Source: Planctomycetales bacterium (GTDB taxonomy: Bacteria > 4484-113). From it: DNA of 64,000 bases. The translations under genes were made by a program, and so were the position numbers. How positions within the stretch are numbered: the stretch's first letter is position 1; each line of letters opens with the position of its first letter. This document shows, piece after piece, positions 19,377 to 29,422 of the stretch. The stretch spans positions 172,633-236,632 of the forward strand of contig JBBIRS010000002.1 in assembly GCA_037441675.1 (NCBI GenBank), in the 5' to 3' direction. The notes under the pieces were generated by a model. The model searched no databases, was not told the DNA's origin, and saw nothing but the letters and a program-made list of their open reading frames with translations.

Positions 19377-20750
19377 GTGTTTCTAGGGTTTGCTAAGAAA
19401 CTTTTCGCGAATTCAAAGATACAAGCAAGTGAATCGCTACTCCCACTTTTAACAGCTATATTCATTCTAACTGTAGTTTTTTTGTTTGCATTAACTTCTG
19501 AGTTCATCCCAGCCAAGATTAGCAATTTACAAGAAGCTAATCGCTCAATCAAATTAAGTTATCGTGGAATTGAAAGAGAAGCGATATCCCAGCTAGAAGC
19601 TGGCTTGAGAGCAGATGATAATCAGACTGTATTGCTCTCGGCAATATCTCTTGAAAGCTTACCCATAAAACAACTGAAGGAAGAGATGATTAGCTTGAAA
19701 GAGAGAGGTTTTGAGGAAGCTTATATCCGTGTACTGCCTGAACTTTATGCGTTAAGTTATGAAAAGGCCTTAGAGGACCTTAAGAATTATGCGCTTTCGG
19801 ATGAATTAACAACTACCCAAATAGCAATTGAACAGCTAGCGCGCCTACCACCGCTAACAGCTGTAGAAGAACTCCAAGAAAACCTTTCAATACCCCACGA
19901 CCAAATGGTATATCACGTTGGTAGAGTACTAAGAAAGTGGCGAAGAGCCAACGATAAACTACTTGACCTGCTGAGGACTATTAACAAAAAAAGGTTTACG
20001 CCGGAGGGAAGGCTTTACGCAGCGATTACTCTAATCTCTCTAAATGCCTATACTGACGAAGCTTGGAAAACTATTGATTGGCTGGTTAAAATCAAAGATG
20101 AAGAGAACGCGAACCGTCTTGCCCTATATCTTGGAGATAGGAGCGATCCCCAATCTTACAAGGTTTTGCTACAAATGCTAGAGGATCCGGAAAATAGAGT
20201 TCCTGCGCTGAGGGCTTTGGTGCATTACGATTATCCTGATAAGGTGGACAAAGTCAGCAAGTATGAAATTCTTGGAAACACTTATCAGCGATTCCTCGTG
20301 TTAATTAACTTAGCGAGTAGCGGTGAAGAATTTCCACTAAAAGATGCTTTTGAAAGGCTAATTGAAAAACATTCAGCTGTTTTATCAGAATTTACTACTG
20401 CACTTAGAGAATGGGAAGACCCTAAAGCGCTCCCATATTATGATAGAATGGTAAAGAAGAATCCATCTAGGATAGTGCGAGTTGGGATATCTCAAAATCT
20501 TAGAGCCTACCCATTGAATGCTCGCGCTATATTTCTTGCTAGAAAACTGCTGGAGATGAGTGAAGATTCCTCTGAAACAACATTTCACCTGAAAACACTT
20601 GGACTAATCGGAACGCGAAGGGAGAAACCGCTCCTTTTTAACATCCTACGCAAATCTAAGGATACGCAGACTAGAATTGTCTCCTCTTGGGCAATACTTA
20701 ATATAGATGCTGGTTTGCCCATAAACACTCCATCTCAGCCTTCTATATGA
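19377..20750 (+). CDS. Hypothetical membrane-anchored alpha-helical repeat protein (HEAT-like)
   Basis: 457 aa with a GTG start. It has an N-terminal TM helix followed by repetitive alpha-helical units; no catalytic motif was recognised. Confidence 0.3.
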   Translation: MFLGFAKKLFANSKIQASESLLPLLTAIFILTVVFLFALTSEFIPAKISNLQEANRSIKLSYRGIEREAISQLEAGLRADDNQTVLLSAISLESLPIKQLKEEMISLKERGFEEAYIRVLPELYALSYEKALEDLKNYALSDELTTTQIAIEQLARLPPLTAVEELQENLSIPHDQMVYHVGRVLRKWRRANDKLLDLLRTINKKRFTPEGRLYAAITLISLNAYTDEAWKTIDWLVKIKDEENANRLALYLGDRSDPQSYKVLLQMLEDPENRVPALRALVHYDYPDKVDKVSKYEILGNTYQRFLVLINLASSGEEFPLKDAFERLIEKHSAVLSEFTTALREWEDPKALPYYDRMVKKNPSRIVRVGISQNLRAYPLNARAIFLARKLLEMSEDSSETTFHLKTLGLIGTRREKPLLFNILRKSKDTQTRIVSSWAILNIDAGLPINTPSQPSI

Positions 20751-20899
20751 ATGCTTCCTTTAGTAGTTTATGAAAGTAAAAAGAATTAATATTGTTCAAG
20801 CCAAAGGAATTTTAGGATAGCAAAATGGAATGCGTTTTCATCACGCGCCGTGAAGCTTGTTTAAGTGAAGTATTATTCTGATTACATGGAGAGTTAAGG

Positions 20900-22165
20900 A
20901 TGGACATTCAATCAATTAAAGTTATTCTTGTGATAGTCCTTCTTTCCGGGATTGTTGCGATTGTGGGCGATCGCATTGGAAGAATTGCCGGCAAAAGAAA
21001 ATTAAATTTCCTTGGCATGCGTCCACGCCTAGCCTCCAGCGTCATAGCCGTCATTACAGGTATCCTCATCGCAGTCGGCACAGTTGCAGTCCTTGCCCTT
21101 TCCTCTAGAACTGTTCAGGAAATGCTGTTCCACTTTGACGAGCTCAAAGAAGATGCTAAGAAGCTAGAGATAAAAGCCCAACAATTAGAGAGGGAAGTTA
21201 CAAGCTTGGAACATCAGCGAGAAACATTAAATACGGAATTAGAAATTACACGCAAGTCTCTCGCTTATAGCCAGAAGCAAGTGACCGACTTAAACTTTCA
21301 AATCGCAAGTACTAATAAGAGATTGGCGAGCATACGCCTAGATTTAGGCAAGGCGGTATCTCAGTTAGAAGAGACAAAAGGGAGGCTTATTAAAACTGAG
21401 GCAAACCTCAAGGAAATGAGAAAGGAAGTAAAGGCTCTTGAAGAAACTAACATTTTATTGAAGAAAGAACAACAAACGCTAAAGGATGAAAACGAAAGGC
21501 TTGAACAAACTAGAGCCAATCTAACCGCAGCAGCTAAAGAACTAGAAGAGAAGGTTTATTCACTGAGAGAAGGAGAAATAATGCTCTTTTTCAACCAGCC
21601 TCTAGGGTATGTTAAAGTTCCCTCTGAGGCGAATCTGCCACAAGTGCGTCAAATTCTTCTTGATTCCCTCCAACAAATTCAACAAAACTTAAAAACTAAA
21701 GGATTGGAACTTGATGAAAAGTATTCCGAACTACTAGCCCCTATACTTGATGCACTAAGCATGTTAAATCAGGACGCAATCGTCATTATTTACTCAGCCA
21801 GCAACGTACTACCAGGAGAAAAGGTCAAGGTTGAGTTCGAGATAGCTCTGCATAAGCTTATTTTCCGAAAAGGAGAAGTTATAGCTAAAGTTAGGATTGA
21901 ACCAAACATTAAAGGCAGTGATGTAGCCTCATTGCTTCCACCATTATTAAAAACAATTAGGAGCATCGCAATTGATAGGAGGCTCTTGCCTGATATAGAT
22001 ACTGGCGAAGTCGGAACTATCTCTTCAGATGATATTAAGGAATTGCAAGACCTACTTGATAGAACCAGTGGCGCAAGAACTCTAGAGATACTTTCGGCGA
22101 AAGACATATATACCACCGACAAATTGGACAAATTTCTCTTCAGAATGCAACAGATAACAAATTAG
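20900..22165 (+). CDS. DUF3084-like membrane protein with a long coiled-coil
   Basis: The N-terminus (ILVIVLLSGIVAIVGDRIGRIAGKRKLNFLGMRPRLASSVIAVITGILIAVGTVAVLAL) resembles the DUF3084 family and is followed by heptad-rich coiled coil. Strong RBS. Confidence 0.45.
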   Translation: MDIQSIKVILVIVLLSGIVAIVGDRIGRIAGKRKLNFLGMRPRLASSVIAVITGILIAVGTVAVLALSSRTVQEMLFHFDELKEDAKKLEIKAQQLEREVTSLEHQRETLNTELEITRKSLAYSQKQVTDLNFQIASTNKRLASIRLDLGKAVSQLEETKGRLIKTEANLKEMRKEVKALEETNILLKKEQQTLKDENERLEQTRANLTAAAKELEEKVYSLREGEIMLFFNQPLGYVKVPSEANLPQVRQILLDSLQQIQQNLKTKGLELDEKYSELLAPILDALSMLNQDAIVIIYSASNVLPGEKVKVEFEIALHKLIFRKGEVIAKVRIEPNIKGSDVASLLPPLLKTIRSIAIDRRLLPDIDTGEVGTISSDDIKELQDLLDRTSGARTLEILSAKDIYTTDKLDKFLFRMQQITN

Positions 22166-22220
22166 CAATGGTAATTTCAGCGCTAGTCTAATGGTAATTC
22201 ACAGAGGATACACTCAAACT

Positions 22221-22925
22221 CTAACTTACTAAAGTTCCCACCTTCTCACCACTAACTATGCGCTTTAAGGCACCCTTTTCAAAGATGTTGAATACAATTA
22301 GTGGTAGGGAATTATCCTTGCAGAGAGTAAATGCGGTTATATCAAGTATCTCCAGCCTATTCTCAATTGCTTGGCTAAATGTTATATTTTCATAGAACTT
22401 GGCATCGTGGAACTTTTCCGGGTCTTTATCAAAGACGCCTTTAACGCGAGTTGCCTTAAGAACTACATCTGCGCCAATCTCAAGTGCCCTTTGAACTGCG
22501 GCGGTATCGGTTGAGAAGTAAGGTCTTCCCAGTCCACAAGCGAGTAGAACTAGGCGCCCCTTCTCAAGATGATGGATGCATCTTCGCCTAATGTAGGGTT
22601 CTGCAACTTCATCCATTTTCAAGGAGGAAACTAGGTGAGTGGTAATACCCCTCTGTTCAAGCTTATCCATAAGTGCCAGAGAGTTAAGCATTGTTGCAAG
22701 CATGCCCATATAATCACCAGAGGCGCGGTCAATCCCAAGAGCCTCCAACTCCGTACCGCGAAAGAGATTGCCCCCACCAACCAGAACTGCGATTTCACAT
22801 CCGGTTTCTTTAGCGGAAATGATTTCTTGAGCGAAGTAGTCAAGCCTCTCATAGGATATGCCTATTCTTTCTTCCCCTGCAAAGGCTTCACCCGATAGTT
22901 TAAGTAGAACCCTCCTGTATAACAT
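22221..22925 (-). CDS. pyrH: UMP kinase
   Basis: The sequence LLKLSGEAFAGE...VGGGNLFRG...DYMGMLATMLNSLAL is a textbook PyrH signature. The real start is MLYRRVLLKLSGE at 22925. The ORF-track extension to 23045 overlaps tRNA-Lys and is spurious. Confidence 0.9.
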   Translation of the reverse strand: MLYRRVLLKLSGEAFAGEERIGISYERLDYFAQEIISAKETGCEIAVLVGGGNLFRGTELEALGIDRASGDYMGMLATMLNSLALMDKLEQRGITTHLVSSLKMDEVAEPYIRRRCIHHLEKGRLVLLACGLGRPYFSTDTAAVQRALEIGADVVLKATRVKGVFDKDPEKFHDAKFYENITFSQAIENRLEILDITAFTLCKDNSLPLIVFNIFEKGALKRIVSGEKVGTLVS

Positions 22926-23038
22926 CAAATTTAATTTTATCAGATTTTTATTCCTTGCTATAAAGGTATAATAGGAACTGGAAGGAAGATTTAGATAACA
23001 GGTGGCAATTGAAAGGGAAGAGGCGTGTGGTAAAATTT

Positions 23039-23111
23039 GAGCCATTAGCTCAGTAGGTAGAGCACCGGACTTTTAATCCGGGGGTCCCGGGTTCGATTCC
23101 CGGATGGCTCA
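23039..23111 (+). tRNA. tRNA-Lys (anticodon UUU)
   Basis: Cloverleaf: acceptor GAGCCAT/ATGGCTC, D-arm AGCTCAGTAGGTAGAGC, anticodon stem-loop CCGGA-CUUUUAA-UCCGG, T-arm GGGTTCGATTCCC. No encoded CCA. Confidence 0.85.
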
Positions 23112-23117
23112 AGGTTA

Positions 23118-23190
23118 GCCCCCATCGTCTAGTGGACTAGGACACCACTCTTTCAAGGTGGAAACGCGGGTTCAATTCCCGCTGGGGGTA
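23118..23190 (+). tRNA. tRNA-Glu (anticodon UUC)
   Basis: Reads GCCCCCATCGTCTAGTGGACTAGGACACCACTCTTTCAAGGTGGAAACGCGGGTTCAATTCCCGCTGGGGGTA and is closely parallel to bacterial tRNA-Glu. Anticodon loop CUUUCAA. Confidence 0.8.
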
Positions 23191-23317
23191 GAACTTCCTT
23201 TCAGGTTTTCTCGCTCAATCGTTGCAAAAAGTCGAAATGCATACATAGCACGCTCTTACGATTCCAAAATAGCTTCGGAAGGGGTATCAAAATCTCAAGG
23301 ATTACGCCAGTTTGAAA

Positions 23318-23524
23318 TTAGGGGCTTTGAATAGGCGATTCTACCGTTAAGCGGAACCTAAGGATGGAACCATCAGGGCGTATCACATCAATGTCATCGT
23401 CCCGCCCACCACCGTAACGTGCTCTTAGTTGACCATCCTGATACTCTTGTTGATTGAGCAAGTCGCAGAGAAACTCAGCAAAACTATTGGTATCAGTTAC
23501 CAAACTTAAATTAAAGATAGGCAT
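23318..23524 (-). CDS. Small hypothetical protein sharing an ARYGGGRD(D/E)D motif with the N-terminal domain of the 32590-33221 ORF
   Basis: 68-aa ORF. Motif LRARYGGGRDDDIDV compares with LEARYGGGRDEDVPL in the larger protein, so it may be a domain fragment or paralog. Confidence 0.3.
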   Translation of the reverse strand: MPIFNLSLVTDTNSFAEFLCDLLNQQEYQDGQLRARYGGGRDDDIDVIRPDGSILRFRLTVESPIQSP

Positions 23525-23723
23525 TTATCCTTCCTCCCAATTTATTCCCATTCACGGGGTAAAGTTATTTTATCAAACAAAAATTCTAATAAAGCATTAA
23601 AACGCAGTATCAACTCGGGTTACAAGCTGAATGAAATATAATCACAGTTCTTAAATAAATTATTAATAAAAATTGATTCCTGGTAATACAAAAGGACATC
23701 TCAGCAGTTAGAGCTTATCAAAG

Positions 23724-24974
23724 TTAATCAATCACCTTCAATTTCTTCGCTAGTTCAAGCTTGTCCTTGTCCTCAAGATAGGAGGGATAAAGTCCCAAAG
23801 CTTCCTTAAGGTATTTTTTGGCATTCTCGTTGTCACTATTTAGATAGTAAGCGTAGCCTAAATCCCAACAATTCTGTGGGCTATCTGGGCAAAGGGCATA
23901 GGCAAGTTTCTGATAGTGAAGCGCTTTCTCAGCTTCTCCTTGCAATTCAAAGATCTCTGAAAGTAGCCCGTAACTAATATCCCAGTTAGGGTTTAGCTCT
24001 ATAGCTCGATTGGCAAAGAAAGTTGCAACATCATACTCGCGCCTCTCTTTTGCAATAAAAGCCAAGTCGTAAATGACCTTTTCTGAATCGGGTCTTGCCT
24101 CCCGCGCCATAAGCGCCAATTCCCTGGCGGTACCATAGTCCTTGAGGCGATAGGCATAATGCTCAGCTGCCATTTGATACGCCCAGAGATTTTTGGGATC
24201 AATTCTGAGAAGTTGCTCAAATACTGGTATTTTCTCTTCTGGTGGAAGTATCATCAAGCGATGGAAAAACTTTAACTCGAAGAGTTGGAGCCCAACTTGA
24301 AGACCCTTAAGCTCGCCTTCTGCAGGCTCGTGTGAAATGAAACCTAGCCTCTGCCTCATCACCACGTGTTTTCTTTTGACAAACCGCAATCTCTCCACCG
24401 CCCCCCTGCTAAGCATTACCTGTGTGACGCGTCCAATTCTTGCGTAACCCTCAATTCGTTTGGCGAAATTTATGGCAAATCCCTCTATTCTCTTTTCTCT
24501 ATCTCCACGCTCTCTGAGAACGCAAATCCCTCGATGAATGCCAATACCTAAATCAAAGGGTAAATGACGAGCCTTTACCCTTTCCATATTCAGGGGAGTA
24601 GAAAGCCAAGAATTCTTGAGCAGAATAGCGGCTCTCATTGCACCAAAGAGAGCGTGGTCACATATAGCACGGCTCTCAGCCTCAAGTTTCAACCTTTCCT
24701 CGCTCTCAGGGGGAAGGTTTGCTATTCTTTCATTTCTCTCCAACTGTTTGGGGTCATAGAAGAAAACCGCAAGCTGATCACCTGCTACAGACTTCTCTGC
24801 CACGGGATAATCACCAGCATCCGCGACCGCTTGCAGTAGATGTTTTTGATACTCTTCAATTAGCTCGTCATAATCCCAAAAGTCAAGCACAGTAGAGATT
24901 CCAACGGAGTTGATGAGGTCGGCAAATAGGATAGTCACCTCCACGAGATTCGTCCGCTCCACCTTGGCTGGCAT
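23724..24974 (-). CDS. Class III adenylate/guanylate cyclase catalytic domain fused to TPR repeats
   Basis: The N-terminal cyclase homology domain (VTILFADLINSVGIS...GIGIHRGICVLRERGD...GFAINFAKRIEG) is followed by several TPR-like units in the C-terminal half. Confidence 0.75.
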   Translation of the reverse strand: MPAKVERTNLVEVTILFADLINSVGISTVLDFWDYDELIEEYQKHLLQAVADAGDYPVAEKSVAGDQLAVFFYDPKQLERNERIANLPPESEERLKLEAESRAICDHALFGAMRAAILLKNSWLSTPLNMERVKARHLPFDLGIGIHRGICVLRERGDREKRIEGFAINFAKRIEGYARIGRVTQVMLSRGAVERLRFVKRKHVVMRQRLGFISHEPAEGELKGLQVGLQLFELKFFHRLMILPPEEKIPVFEQLLRIDPKNLWAYQMAAEHYAYRLKDYGTARELALMAREARPDSEKVIYDLAFIAKERREYDVATFFANRAIELNPNWDISYGLLSEIFELQGEAEKALHYQKLAYALCPDSPQNCWDLGYAYYLNSDNENAKKYLKEALGLYPSYLEDKDKLELAKKLKVID

Positions 24975-25187
24975 AAGAGTAGTTTAGCATAGGAAGATTA
25001 TTTCAGGCGCCTAATTAAGGGAGCTGGTTTCTCGTTAACGATACTTAGTTGATTTCTTCAAATTCTCCCGTATCAATTCAATATTGAACGCCAGACTTAG
25101 TAAGTTGGACTAGCAGACATACGATAATAAAGCTATCGGTTGATTTTGAAGCGCAGGTTTATCCTTAACTGGTCTAAGCACAACACA

Positions 25188-25245
25188 GGAATCTTCACTC
25201 TGGAGGGCGAAGAGCTTGCTTTCGCCCTACAGAGAAATTCGGCGC
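25188..25245. repeat. Copy of the dispersed GC-rich repeat (GGGCGAAGAGCTTGCTTTCGCCCTACAG...AAATTCGGCGC), inverted orientation
   Basis: It shares the GCCCTACAG / CTGTAGGGCG core and the GCCGAATT segment with the copies at 12.5 and 30.7 kb. Confidence 0.35.
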
Positions 25246-25308
25246 TAAGCGATCCCAATAGAGATACGAATTTAAGGTTATAATTTATTTGGAAGCTAAG
25301 CAAGCTTT

Positions 25309-26088
25309 ATGTGGTTAGATATTAACTTTTGGGCTACGAATCCTTTTATACCTTGGGACAGGATATTCAGTGGGATAGTCCTTCTAATCTACCTTTATCA
25401 AATCTGGTGGGTTTACAGAGACGCGGAGAAGAGGTATTTTTCCGGCGTTTGGTTTGCCCTTCTTGCCGCGATCGTTCCGCTTGGTGGTTGGTTATTTTAT
25501 CTCCTTTACCGTTCATCCTCTCTCCCAGAGTTAGATTTACTTGAAATAAGGGAAAAACTTCTTGAGCGCGGAAGCTCCATCGATTATGAAATTTATCTCG
25601 CTAGACAAAGACAAGTCGCAATAGAGCGGTCACTCGCGTGGGTAAGGGGGTTTCTCAAGCCACCCCAAAAAAACTTATCCGAAATTAAGGTTCATAGTTA
25701 TCCAGATGAGATAATTCGCTCAAGAGAGAAAGAGTTACTGAAATCTCGCAAAGAGAATGCAAAAGAGAGTTTTGAACCATTTTTAAATTTTGTGGAGAAT
25801 ATCGCAAAGGGAATAGTGTCAGCTTTTAGGCAGATAATCGCACCAAACTATATGAGTGTTCGAAAAAAGCTTAAGTTTTACGATAAGGTTAGAGAAGCAC
25901 CACTCGTGGATGAAGATCTGGAAAATCTGTTACAGTCAGGGCTTTACATTTTGGCGAAGGAAGATTGCCAAGCAAAGTTAAGGCTCGCATCGGAACAAAA
26001 TGACGCAAGGAGAATGCGCACTTATGAAGTGTATTTAGCCAGAATTAATAGGCTGATTAAGGCTGAAAAGGAAGAAGCGAAAGCATAA
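25309..26088 (+). CDS. Membrane protein with a PLDc_N-like (phospholipase-D N-terminal, DUF) double-TM domain
   Basis: The sequence YQIWWVYRDAEKRYFSGVWFALLAAIVPLGGWLFYLLYR matches the PLDc_N small TM domain architecture. A charged, helical C-terminal tail follows. Confidence 0.4.
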   Translation: MWLDINFWATNPFIPWDRIFSGIVLLIYLYQIWWVYRDAEKRYFSGVWFALLAAIVPLGGWLFYLLYRSSSLPELDLLEIREKLLERGSSIDYEIYLARQRQVAIERSLAWVRGFLKPPQKNLSEIKVHSYPDEIIRSREKELLKSRKENAKESFEPFLNFVENIAKGIVSAFRQIIAPNYMSVRKKLKFYDKVREAPLVDEDLENLLQSGLYILAKEDCQAKLRLASEQNDARRMRTYEVYLARINRLIKAEKEEAKA

Positions 26089-26173
26089 AAATCAAGGAGT
26101 TGCATTTTCGGAACTTCACTTTTGGCTTTAGCGATTAGCTAAACATTACTGGACTGGGTTGAAGTTTTCTATC

Positions 26174-29100
26174 TCACGGTAAATTCTTGATAATCAGGAC
26201 ATCCTGCCCGCCACCTCCATCATCTTCAACACCAACCGGATTCGTCTCACTGCCACTAACTGTTCCGGTTGTACCGTTGGGGTCTGTTATGTCAGCTGTT
26301 GCATCCAACAAGTTTTCCGCAGGAATGTTTTCCTGAAGTGTTACATCTGCCCAAGTTCCGCTGTTGTTGGCGCCATAGCCGGTGATATATATATTGCCAT
26401 TGCCATCAATGTGAGTGTCAACTCCAGACTCGTTAGCCAATGTGCCCCAGGTTTTGGCTAACACCAAATTGCCGCTTTCATCCGATACTAGGAAGAAAAG
26501 CTCATAGTCACCAGTAAAGCTGTTACTTTGACCAGCGAGGTAAATATTCCCGCTAGTATCCGAAGAAACGCTTTCAGCAAGATCTTCGCCCGACTCGCCC
26601 CAAACCTTCTGCCAAATAATATTGCCGTTGGGGTCGATACTTATTAGGACAGCATCATTACCCCCTGCGCCGAAACTATTTGTTACACCTGAAATGTAGA
26701 TATTACCAGAGCTACTTAAAGACACTCCTGTTCCCCTTTCCTGGGAAGTTCCACCCCATGTTTTAGCCCAAATAATGTTGCCAGATGTGTCTAGCTTAAT
26801 TACAAGAATTGAAGAACCACCAATACCGATAGATTGCGTCCCAACTGCGTATAAATATCCGTCATTTGATAACACTATATCGTCTATTTCCTCAACTATG
26901 AGTGGGCTTCCCCACTCAGTTTCCCACCGAACTGCGCCGGTGGAGTCATAGCTAAGCACGAGGGCATCTATTACTCCAAGTCCAAAGGTTACAGTCCCAC
27001 CTATATAAAGATTACCCGATGTATCACTCTTAACACAACGGAATGAATCCGCAAATCCTGCGCTCCAAGTTTTTGCGAAGTCAAAATTTCCATCAAGGTC
27101 ATATTTCATTAGCAGAGCTTGCTGTCCAGGAACGTCACCGCTTTGCGTTTGCCCGACCAGGTAGAGCCATGAGGAACCTACAATACTTCCACCTAAAACC
27201 TGGTCCAAGAAGTTTCCACCCCATGTTTTCGCCAATTGAAGAACGCCACTTCCGTCATACTTTAGAATGAGCACATCACCACCGTTTCCAAAGCTTGTCG
27301 TGTTTCCAAAAATGAAAATGTTATCAGACTGGTCAACAGCAACTTGAACTGCACTCTCATCCGCTAATCCTCCCCAGGAACGAACAACTGATGCCGGCGT
27401 CGCAACAAAATCTTGCCCAGTTACGTCTGTCCCAGATACATCTACCGATCTGGAAACTGGCTCAAAAGTGTAGCCACCCTTGGATGGCGTTAGCGTATAG
27501 CTTCCATTGGGAACGGTGAAAATGGTGTAACTACCATTCACGCCTGTAACTGCAAAATACCCCCCAGGCTCAAGAGACATAATCACGCCTTGCACACCCA
27601 CACCAACCTGATTCACCACAGTTCCAGAAACATTGTATGTTGGTGGTGGAGGAGTGGTAACAGTTATTCGCCTTGAAGCGATGCTTGATAGCCCTTCAGC
27701 ATCGGTCACGCGAACTCTAACGTCATAGATTCCCACAACGTTATACGTGTGTTGACTGGTAGGAGTTAAACCCGAGTTAAAATCCCAAACTCCGTCTCCC
27801 TCCCAGTCCCATTCATAGCTAGCGATGTTACCGTCTGGGTCTGTGCTAGCGGAAGCATCAAAATTCACACTTAACGGCACATCGCCAATTTCAGGATTTG
27901 CGGAAAGTCTTGCAGTGGGAGGACGGTTTGGTGATTGCGCTACTGAGATAGTCACTGTGTCAGATGCCTGCAATCCTCCATTATCAAAAACTGTGACACT
28001 TGCGTTAAAGTCTCCGCCAACGTTGTACACAAAGGTTCTACGTGGGACGCCAGTCGTTGCGTCAACTGTGCCATCACCATCAAAATCCCACTCGTAAAGC
28101 ACAATGATGCCATCTGGATCTCTACTTGTGCTTGCGTCGAAATCAACGCTAAGTGGTGTCGCACCGGAGAGAGGATTTGCGCTTAGACTAGCTATAGGTG
28201 GAATGTTGTCTCCACCGGGATTTATGGCTGTGATGGTCACTTGCGCTTGCGCCGAAGCTCCAAGATTGTCTACAACCGTTACTACTGCCCGAAATGTTCC
28301 TGCAGTGTTATAGGTGAAAGATGTTGTCGCATCCCCTGCGCTTCTATCCATCGTGCCATCTCCATTAAAATCCCATTGATATAGAATTATCTGACCATCA
28401 GAATCACTACTGCCTGATGCGTCAAAATCAACTGTTAATGGAACATTTCCGCTGGTAGGATTGGCATTTAATGATGCAGTTGGAGCCTGATTTAGTTCAA
28501 TAATGTTAGATAAATCGCCTAAGTTATCACTATCATCGTAAGCTCTAACCGCGACAAACCGATATGGGAATGAGGCAAGTTCAAAGGAGAAAGTTTTAAG
28601 CTCACCGGGGGAAGGAGGGCTGAATTCAACTCGACCCACCTCCGTAAAGGCTTCTGGGGCATTCTCGTTTGCGCCTAAGACGATGTATCCTGCTACGCGG
28701 CTAAAAAAGCCACTCGCAATCGTTGCAACATCCCTTATATCAATGCTATCATCACCGTTGCCGTCAATTGCTTCATCCACTGCGTGTTCCCACTGCCCAT
28801 CAACTTTTGCCTCAAAAAAGTGCTGCGTCAAAGGCGCAACGTCTGCAATGCTTACCACACCGTCCTGGTTATAATCCCCTCTATTCTTGTAACTCCAAGA
28901 GATAGAAATTGGATTACCGCCAGAAAGACTCAAGTCATTAATGGCATTTTCGTTACCGGAAGGAACCTTGCCAACGAACTTAAAACCCTCTAATGAAGAA
29001 CCGCTAGGAATGGTTTTGGTTCTTGCTTCAGCTTCTCCAAGCAACAAAGTTTCAAGCTCGCTCTTAATAATTGAAAAAAGAGCATCATCAACTTCAGGCG

Positions 29101-29311
29101 GTGCCTTTAGGGTTGAAAGTTCCGCCAATGCATCTTCAAGCAAAACTTCATCCTTAGAATCTAAAGCTGAAATAGGGCTTGTATTAACAGGGCTAGGCTT
29201 GCGAGAACTTCTACTCTCGCTCCCAGTAAAATCAATACCCCTTCCACCACAGGAGCTAATCGTGTAGATAATAAGAAAATACAAGATAGACCTTAAGCCT
29301 ATCTTTTTCAT
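26174..29311 (-). CDS. Surface lipoprotein: dockerin-like Ca-loop module + Fn3-like + 4 PKD domains + carboxypeptidase-regulatory-like domain + SBBP beta-propeller repeats
   Basis: Real start is MKKIGLRSILYFLIIYTISSCGG (lipobox). Dockerin-like DYNQDGVVSIADV...DGNGDDSIDIRDV. PKD units (LYQWDFNGDGTMD, LYEWDFDGDGTVD, SYEWDWEGDGVWD). CarboxypepD_reg-like YNVSGTVVNQVGVGVQGV. Repeated SGNIYISGxTNSFGAGGNDAVLxxxDxNGNIIWxKTWGG is typical of the SBBP repeat. Confidence 0.7.
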   Translation of the reverse strand: MKKIGLRSILYFLIIYTISSCGGRGIDFTGSESRSSRKPSPVNTSPISALDSKDEVLLEDALAELSTLKAPPEVDDALFSIIKSELETLLLGEAEARTKTIPSGSSLEGFKFVGKVPSGNENAINDLSLSGGNPISISWSYKNRGDYNQDGVVSIADVAPLTQHFFEAKVDGQWEHAVDEAIDGNGDDSIDIRDVATIASGFFSRVAGYIVLGANENAPEAFTEVGRVEFSPPSPGELKTFSFELASFPYRFVAVRAYDDSDNLGDLSNIIELNQAPTASLNANPTSGNVPLTVDFDASGSSDSDGQIILYQWDFNGDGTMDRSAGDATTSFTYNTAGTFRAVVTVVDNLGASAQAQVTITAINPGGDNIPPIASLSANPLSGATPLSVDFDASTSRDPDGIIVLYEWDFDGDGTVDATTGVPRRTFVYNVGGDFNASVTVFDNGGLQASDTVTISVAQSPNRPPTARLSANPEIGDVPLSVNFDASASTDPDGNIASYEWDWEGDGVWDFNSGLTPTSQHTYNVVGIYDVRVRVTDAEGLSSIASRRITVTTPPPPTYNVSGTVVNQVGVGVQGVIMSLEPGGYFAVTGVNGSYTIFTVPNGSYTLTPSKGGYTFEPVSRSVDVSGTDVTGQDFVATPASVVRSWGGLADESAVQVAVDQSDNIFIFGNTTSFGNGGDVLILKYDGSGVLQLAKTWGGNFLDQVLGGSIVGSSWLYLVGQTQSGDVPGQQALLMKYDLDGNFDFAKTWSAGFADSFRCVKSDTSGNLYIGGTVTFGLGVIDALVLSYDSTGAVRWETEWGSPLIVEEIDDIVLSNDGYLYAVGTQSIGIGGSSILVIKLDTSGNIIWAKTWGGTSQERGTGVSLSSSGNIYISGVTNSFGAGGNDAVLISIDPNGNIIWQKVWGESGEDLAESVSSDTSGNIYLAGQSNSFTGDYELFFLVSDESGNLVLAKTWGTLANESGVDTHIDGNGNIYITGYGANNSGTWADVTLQENIPAENLLDATADITDPNGTTGTVSGSETNPVGVEDDGGGGQDVLIIKNLP

Positions 29312-29422
29312 CCCTAAAAAACTTCTTCTCACCCAACAATTCTTATCCTTTCCGGCTATCATTAACATATTCTCTAAGTTTTCTAATTTTATTCAATTAC
29401 ATAAAGTAATAAGGCAGGATTA

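Noticed and set aside
22926-23045. ORF-track extension of pyrH upstream to 23045
   Set aside because: The conserved PyrH N-terminus (MLYRRVLLKLSGE) starts at 22925. The extension runs antisense through tRNA-Lys (23039-23111) and has no PyrH similarity.
27043-29267. Numerous 60-110-aa ORFs on the strand opposite the 26174-29311 gene, and similarly inside the 30817, 40458 and 43018 genes
   Set aside because: They are embedded antisense in long, domain-rich CDSs, lack RBSs and have low-complexity translations typical of shadow ORFs.
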